Below are positions 38,570 through 64,000 of a stretch of 64,000 bases of DNA, in pieces. The translations under genes were made by a program, and so were the position numbers. The stretch comes from Tubiluchus corallicola (lineage: Eukaryota; Animalia; Priapulida): assembly GCA_030141605.1 (NCBI GenBank), contig JAQGDQ010000525.1:1-64000 (forward strand), read 5' to 3'. The notes beneath the pieces were generated by a model, which was not told where the DNA came from, did not search any database, and saw only the letters and a program-made list of their open reading frames with translations. Position 1 is the first letter of the stretch, and every line of letters starts with the position of its first letter.

Positions 38570-40944
38570 TTGGAACCTGTCAGCAAGCATACAGGAATTA
38601 TACAAAAAATAACAGTGGTTTGTATTTGCCTCTTGATACTCAATTACCAAGAAGTTAAAGACTCAAATTTTGATGTTACCATTAATCATAATTAATTTTT
38701 TGTCCAATCCTTTATCCTAGTGTTTTTTGTCTTTACTGAAGTGCAGTGGTGCAAGTATAAGTGACCATGTGTAAAGTCAACACAATTCTTTCTAAATATT
38801 GGTTTGACAATATTGTGCACAATTGTACTAGCCAAAAACTGTTCAAATTTTGTGAAGTCAATTCGAGTACCATAATTTACTGTAATGATGTTTGTACTAT
38901 AAAGCTTTGGCTATCTGTGTTCTATTAGCTCAGCACTCTAATATCTGGAATATAGTCTGCAAGGGGCACCAACAGCAGCAAGTACTAATCTGTAAACTAA
39001 TTACATGATTATGAAATTGCTAAACTTATAATGAACTCTTTCAAACTTCGGATTGATGTTAAGCCTGTTAATATTCTTAGCTTAGGGTTTTTACAGTAAC
39101 ACTTGAATTGATAGACCAAATATTCTTTGCATAATGGAAACAGTTTTTTTTTGAGTGATGGAGTTACATGTTAATTTTATAAATTTTATTGAGTTTGTTC
39201 CATCTTACAATATTACACTCGGCCATCTTTGTATGTGCTGGTTGAGACAGAAAAGATTTTGTTTTTTTCAGTCACCTATCTTTTCAATTTATGGCTGCTA
39301 GGAATTTAGCATAAAAAATTTCCCTTTCAGCCTAGTAATTAAGTATTTTGTAATTTTCACGATATAGTTCATGCTACCTACAAATGTGTTTGCTGTGAAA
39401 ATTAATATTATAACCACCTTTAAAACTTTTTTGTTTAAACAAAAACTAATAAGATCAAAATTCATGCTAGTGATTTGTTGGTCTGGGTATGATGATAATT
39501 TTAAATCTTTTGTTAACTCACTAAGATTCTCTTTGTCATTTATGCAAAAGTAGCAATATGTCAACACCTTCAGTTCATTGTTGTTGAAGAGCTAAAAGTA
39601 GGCTTAAAATGTGCTGACGTGATATTATTATTTCCCGAAGAAAGTAATTACCTAGGCTAAGCAGATCAAGTGTAGTCTATCGGATGAAACTCAGGAAACA
39701 CATTTTCAGCTTTCCGTCAGTTTTAGTTCGAGTGCAAAACCATGTCCAGGAAATCGCAATAATTTTGACGATAGACACAGTAAATGTGAGAAATCAGTAA
39801 TTAAAATGCAGCATAATTTCCTCTGCCTCATATAGATGATACAATTATGATACTGCTAGTTTACACAAAAATATGAAACAGGTTCTCAGTCAATAAACAT
39901 GAGATTTAAAATTATCATCATATCCCAAACAAAAAATGACCTGAAGGTGTTGACATATTGCTACTTTTGCATAAATGACAAAGAGAATCTTAGTGAGTTA
40001 ACAAAAGATTTAAAATTATCATCATACCCAGACCAACAAATCACTAGCATGAATTTTGATCTTATTAGTTTTTGTTTAAACAAAAAAGTTTTAAAGGTGG
40101 TTATAATATTAATTTTCACAGCAAACACATTTGTAGGTAGCATGAACTATATCGTGAAAATTACAAAATACTTAATTACTAGGCTGAAAGGGAAATTTTT
40201 GATGCTAAATTCCTAGCAGCCATAAATTGAAAAGATAGGTGACTGAAAAAAACAAAATCTTTTCTGTCTCAACCAGCACATACAAAGATGGCCGAGTGTA
40301 ATATTGTAAGATGGAACAAACTCAATAAAATTTATAAAATTAACATGTAACTCCATCACTCAAAAAAAAACTGTTTCCATTATGCAAAGAATATTTGGTC
40401 TATCAATTCAAGTGTTACTGTAAAAACCCTAAGCTAAGAATATTAACAGGCTTAACATCAATCCGAAGTTTGAAAGAGTTCATTATAAGTTTAGCAATTT
40501 CATAATCATGTAATTAGTTTACAGATTAGTACTTGCTGCTGTTGGTGCCCCTTGCAGACTATATTCCAGATATTAGAGTGCTGAGCTAATAGAACACAGA
40601 TAGCCAAAGCTTTATAGTACAAACATCATTACAGTAAATTATGGTACTCGAATTGACTTCACAAAATTTGAACAGTTTTTGGCTAGTACAATTGTGCACA
40701 ATATTGTCAAACCAATATTTAGAAAGAATTGTGTTGACTTTACACATGGTCACTTATACTTGCACCACTGCACTTCAGTAAAGACAAAAAACACTAGGAT
40801 AAAGGATTGGACAAAAAATTAATTATGATTAATGGTAACATCAAAATTTGAGTCTTTAACTTCTTGGTAATTGAGTATCAAGAGGCAAATACAAACCACT
40901 GTTATTTTTTGTATAATTCCTGTATGCTTGCTGACAGGTTCCAA

Positions 40945-59477
<18,533 letters not shown>

Positions 59478-61667
59478 CTATAATGAAAATAGTTTTATTT
59501 AGTTTGGTTTGAAGACATCTGAAATAAAAAAAATCTACCAAAAATCACAGCTTTTACCAACCACAGTTGCTTTGTAATGGAAAATTGTTAAACTTTCCAT
59601 AAATAATTGCTCTCCATTGGCCCCACCAATAATACCGAATGAATTTAAATCTGCATTATTATTAGTCTCAATAATACATGGTCAAGTGAATATCGGCAAT
59701 GGGGTGTTTGCTCTAACATAGTACTTACTAACGTCGCCAACTTAAATTACTGTTGTCATACTGTAATGAGCGAAGGGTGAATTCTTGATGACCCCATGTG
59801 TAATGGCACTCCCTTATGCAGTGTGCCATTAGCAACACCTTCAAAATGCCTTGAGTGATGACGGATAGCTTCACCTTGAGCATGTTCAGTAATTTCTGAC
59901 TGTGCAATTGTATTAATTTATTTAATCAGCAGCCTATCTAAGAAAGCTAGCTAATGCAGTGCATCAGTTATTTTCAACACCACCGCATCTGTACATAGCC
60001 ATATTGTTGTGTCAATAAACTGTTTATTCTATACACATACTGGCTATTGTGCAACTAATATTACACAGGGTCTTTCTCCCCCATCTCTCTCTTTGACTTA
60101 CTAACACACTACTATATTATAAAACAGGTGTATGGGACAAATTATTAATAAATTCAATTTAATTCAATTCCGCGCATTAATACAGAAGAAATGTTACTGT
60201 ACCGCTTTCGTTGGTCATAAAACTTATGTCATACCTTTGACAACTTTGCTGTGTTAAGTTTACAAGAATCGTTAAAAGCCATATTTTTATTTAGTGAACT
60301 ACGTTACTTTACTTAACTAGACCTCCAATCACATAGGAATTTTTCCACAATAATGATATATTTCAAAGCCAACTAGCACGTACGAAAATTTAGGATTTGT
60401 TTACGTTCTCATTTTTGCCTATCCTATAGCTACACTAAATAATGAAGCAAGTCAATACGGCGGCCCGCTGCTGGAGTGAAAACACACTTACTGTAATCTA
60501 AGTGTCGAGAAAGCGGTCACATGACTTCATTTGCTAGTATTAGACAAATAATCGTTTAAACACAGAAGAGGACAGGTACTGGGGGTTTTACGGCACAATG
60601 ACTAAATAAAACACGCTTGGGGTGTTTTTGTACCTCATTTCCGGTGACCGAGGGTTAATGTTCAAAGACCTGTAGGACTAGAACAGTAATATTCTTATAT
60701 CACTACTTACATAGCAAATTAAAGTTGGTTTTTATATTAATCATAAAATAAGAAGTAGGTATAATAATTAACTTTCATTAAAACATTTAAAATAGAAGAC
60801 TTCGTGTGGCAGACAATTATTGGCCGAGAATTCACCGTAGCTACTCTACGGGCGAAATACAGAAAAATACTTTAGCAATGCGGAAACTCTTCTGCTATGA
60901 TTAAAAAAGTCATCGACTTTGTCTCTAAATTATTTCTTACATGCATAAACTCATTAAAATTTATAAATCTCTTTCTAAAACAATCCGATAACACTGCCAC
61001 AGTCTAATTATAACAGATACAATGAATTCTACAGTTGTACCATTATGCAGAACTAATGTGGCAAAACACTTGATTAATACCATTATAATGCCCCAAATAG
61101 CAAGATAAAAAAGTTAAAATTTCTGCTTTCAGAAGACATATTAAAATAGATGTCTTTAACTCCTATAAATAATAATTAATATAGCATAACAATGTTGCAA
61201 GCCATAATACATAAAAGCAGGTGTAACAATATTCGAACTGTCACGTCTTCCAAATTACGCGTTGCGCAAATGAAAATTAGTCTTCTTGAATTTTCTTCTT
61301 GAAGTCTTTGTGATCAAGATTATCAGTGTTACACAACATATTGTCATCTCTCTTCTTTCTGCTGTCATTACTAACAAGTTTTGAAGTTCATTCTTATATA
61401 GATTTAAATATTATATCTCTTTCGCACTAACTTCTTTCTGATTCACGCTTTTATTTGGTTCACTCCTATAAAATTTGCTTTTTGAAGGCAAAATGTCACT
61501 TATTATTATTGCTAATGGGATAAACTGCAGTAATCTATTTCTATCGAAACTTAAATGTTTTGTTGACTATTATTCATATATTGTAAAATTATTTTGCTAT
61601 TGTATTTTGCAGTATAGAACCTGTATTTTGAATATGATTTACATTCTTACATTTCCTGGAGTGTAAA

Positions 61668-61731
61668 TGCTTACTTACTTACCTACTTACTTACTTACTT
61701 ACTTATTTACTTACTTACTTACTTATATACA

Positions 61732-61800
<69 letters not shown>

Positions 61801-61818
61801 TCTTTCTTTCTTTCTTTT

Positions 61819-61874
<56 letters not shown>

Positions 61875-61940
61875 GCTTACTCACTTGCGTACCTACTTAG
61901 TTGCTTATTTATTTACTTACTTATTTGCTTGCTTATTTTA
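61668..61940. repeat. (CTTA)n-(CTTT)n compound microsatellite
   Basis: Directly visible. Confidence 0.95.
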
Positions 61941-64000
61941 CGTTTGATCTGCTGATATTACACACTGTTGTAAGTATTGATCATATAAATTACTTTTTAA
62001 CGATGTGGCTAATAATTTTAAATTATAATTGTGACTTTTAAAAGAAAAAAAATTAATGCTCACAATGTGTAGCTAACTCACAAGTTTGCAAAACCGTATA
62101 AACGAAACGAACTGCAATTATAAGGTACAGTGACACAGGTAAGAACTCTGAATGAATGATAAAACTGCCTAGTGAGTATAAAGGTCTCATACAATTACAT
62201 GATAGTACTGTTTTTAAACTTTGGACTTGACATTTGCAAATCAATACTGCAAGTGCCAGTACCATATCATCACTAGCATTACAGGCAGACTACATATTCA
62301 TATAGTATACACTAGTTATGAATATGTATTATGTGAACGCATGCACGTATGGGCGAACTATTGTGGCTATACCTATATAGGACAGATAATACGTCATCAG
62401 TAAAGTTGTTCTATCATTGTATTGTTTTACAAAACGTTGCATGTTAAAAAAGGACTTTTACGAAACTTATGAAGTTTGACAATTGAAACATTTCATCATC
62501 ACCATCATCATCATCACCGTCGTCATCATCATCATATCATATCTACTACTTATTTTCTGATTTCTTTTTGCATTTATCACATTGTTTGACACCTGCATGG
62601 TTTCTAAATTCATATAAAAATAAATTAAGCTGCGATAGTTACATAATTATGTGGCACATTTTATCAGATGTTTTCAGAAACAGAGAACTTGCCCAACCAG
62701 AAAATTATTTATCATAATTATGGCTTATGCCATCGGGTGTAGATAATAAAAAACAAATCAATTCTTAGCTTCTACATCAGTCAAATTTAACAATAAAGCC
62801 ACATCTGTGTACCAAAATGTCAAGACGCCACACGACCCAAATCAAAATGACTTTCAAACTGAGCTACCAAGTTTGCGGACCCAGTCTGACCCCGGTGGGT
62901 GTGCAAATTCACAGTTAATGAATCTGTTCTGCAACTTCATAACATTTTGCTGACCTTGTGTACATCAGCAGATTCTCCACAGGTGCCACCTGCCTCAAAA
63001 CAATCAACAATTTCTAATTGTTATTCTACCGATCACTTTTCATTTTCTAGAAGACAAAGACTGATAAAGACTATAATACGACACTGCGCAGTATCTTGTT
63101 GGCAACCACTTAGCCATCAAGTTAACAAGTTAGAGATGATTGTAATTAATTTTGTGAATTACTCGAAAAGTGCACTTAACTTGTCAGGCTAAAACAGATG
63201 AAAGTAAAACAGATGATTCGCTTACTGGACTTGCATTGGCTCTTATGGCATCAGACCCTGCTGAAAAAAGGCGGTCAGTGACTTGGAAGTGCCTGGCCAA
63301 TAGTTGAGTGATGTTGCTTTACTGGCAATGTGCAAATAGCAGAATTAGCCATCATCAGCATTATTATTGTTATGAATGTCTTGTCATTATCATCATCATA
63401 ATCATTGCCTATGTCATTATTATAAGTGTTATCATTGTTACAAAAATTTATTATATTCAGTATCATCCCAAATTAATGTCGTCATCATCATCAGTATCAA
63501 CGTCTTCCCTTACTTTCATTGTCATTATTACATTTTTGACTAAGGCTTATGGAAGGCATTGTTCAGACTTATACAATACAATATTGTGCCATCTCCTGCG
63601 AGTGGCCTGAGTGAAATTTAGTGAAGTGTGTGGCATCCATTTAATGGCCTCCAAATACCTATGCACCTGCAGTGTGATGAAATAAAAAACTCGTAGTGTT
63701 CCAAGCCTCGTGTGTTTATAATTTTACGGATCCAGCACTAATACAATTGTTACATAGCTGGGTCGTACCAAAGCCTTGTCTAAATACCAGCGTGGCACGT
63801 GGTATTTAGATAAAAGTGGGGTAATGATGGTCTCTGTAACATAGCTGAAGTTTGTTATTTTTCAGCCGGCGATAATAACACTTTGAGCTGATGTTAATTA
63901 TTCAATGTTTACCCAAAAACCGACGTTGAATAAAGATTACTATTATTATGTTGTTGTGGCCGCTGATGGTAATGTTCGAATAACGAAAACTGAACTGAAC

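Noticed and set aside
60486-60530. Candidate SSUH2 first coding exon
   Set aside because: A donor is present, but both nearby ATGs hit stops; at most a non-coding exon.
63226-63260. Possible 35-nt minus-strand micro-exon (ttttttcag...gtaagc)
   Set aside because: Good splice signals but no partner exon or recognisable peptide in the window.

Overview
AT-rich, repeat-dense animal (probably invertebrate) genomic DNA with spliceosomal introns; not prokaryotic. I reconstructed four intron-containing genes by hand from splice sites and reading frame. (1) A 148-aa secreted two-repeat protein of unknown family on the minus strand (4694-6967) that resembles bacterial hypothetical proteins. (2) A 126-aa secreted single IGFBP-domain (SIBD-like) protein on the plus strand (14038-19172), with a GC-AG intron and a 12x tandem amplification of its first coding exon plus splice donor. 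(3) A secreted multi-WSC-domain protein on the plus strand (27863 to at least 35831) whose 3' end is not found. (4) An SSUH2 homologue on the minus strand (40945 to about 59477) with a His-rich insert and a CaaX end. Genes 3 and 4 converge on a ~5.3-kb palindrome (37341-42601) that duplicates the SSUH2 last exon in inverted orientation. Just upstream of it is a 92-bp tandem array whose units carry minimal type I hammerhead-ribozyme-like motifs, in a Penelope/retrozyme-like tandem-plus-inverted layout. The rest is DNA-transposon derivatives (Kolobok-, piggyBac-, Harbinger-, pogo-, hAT-like), LINE remnants, minisatellites and compound microsatellites. Most long ORFs in the supplied track are repeat artefacts. 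All family assignments come from motif recognition only; no database search was run.
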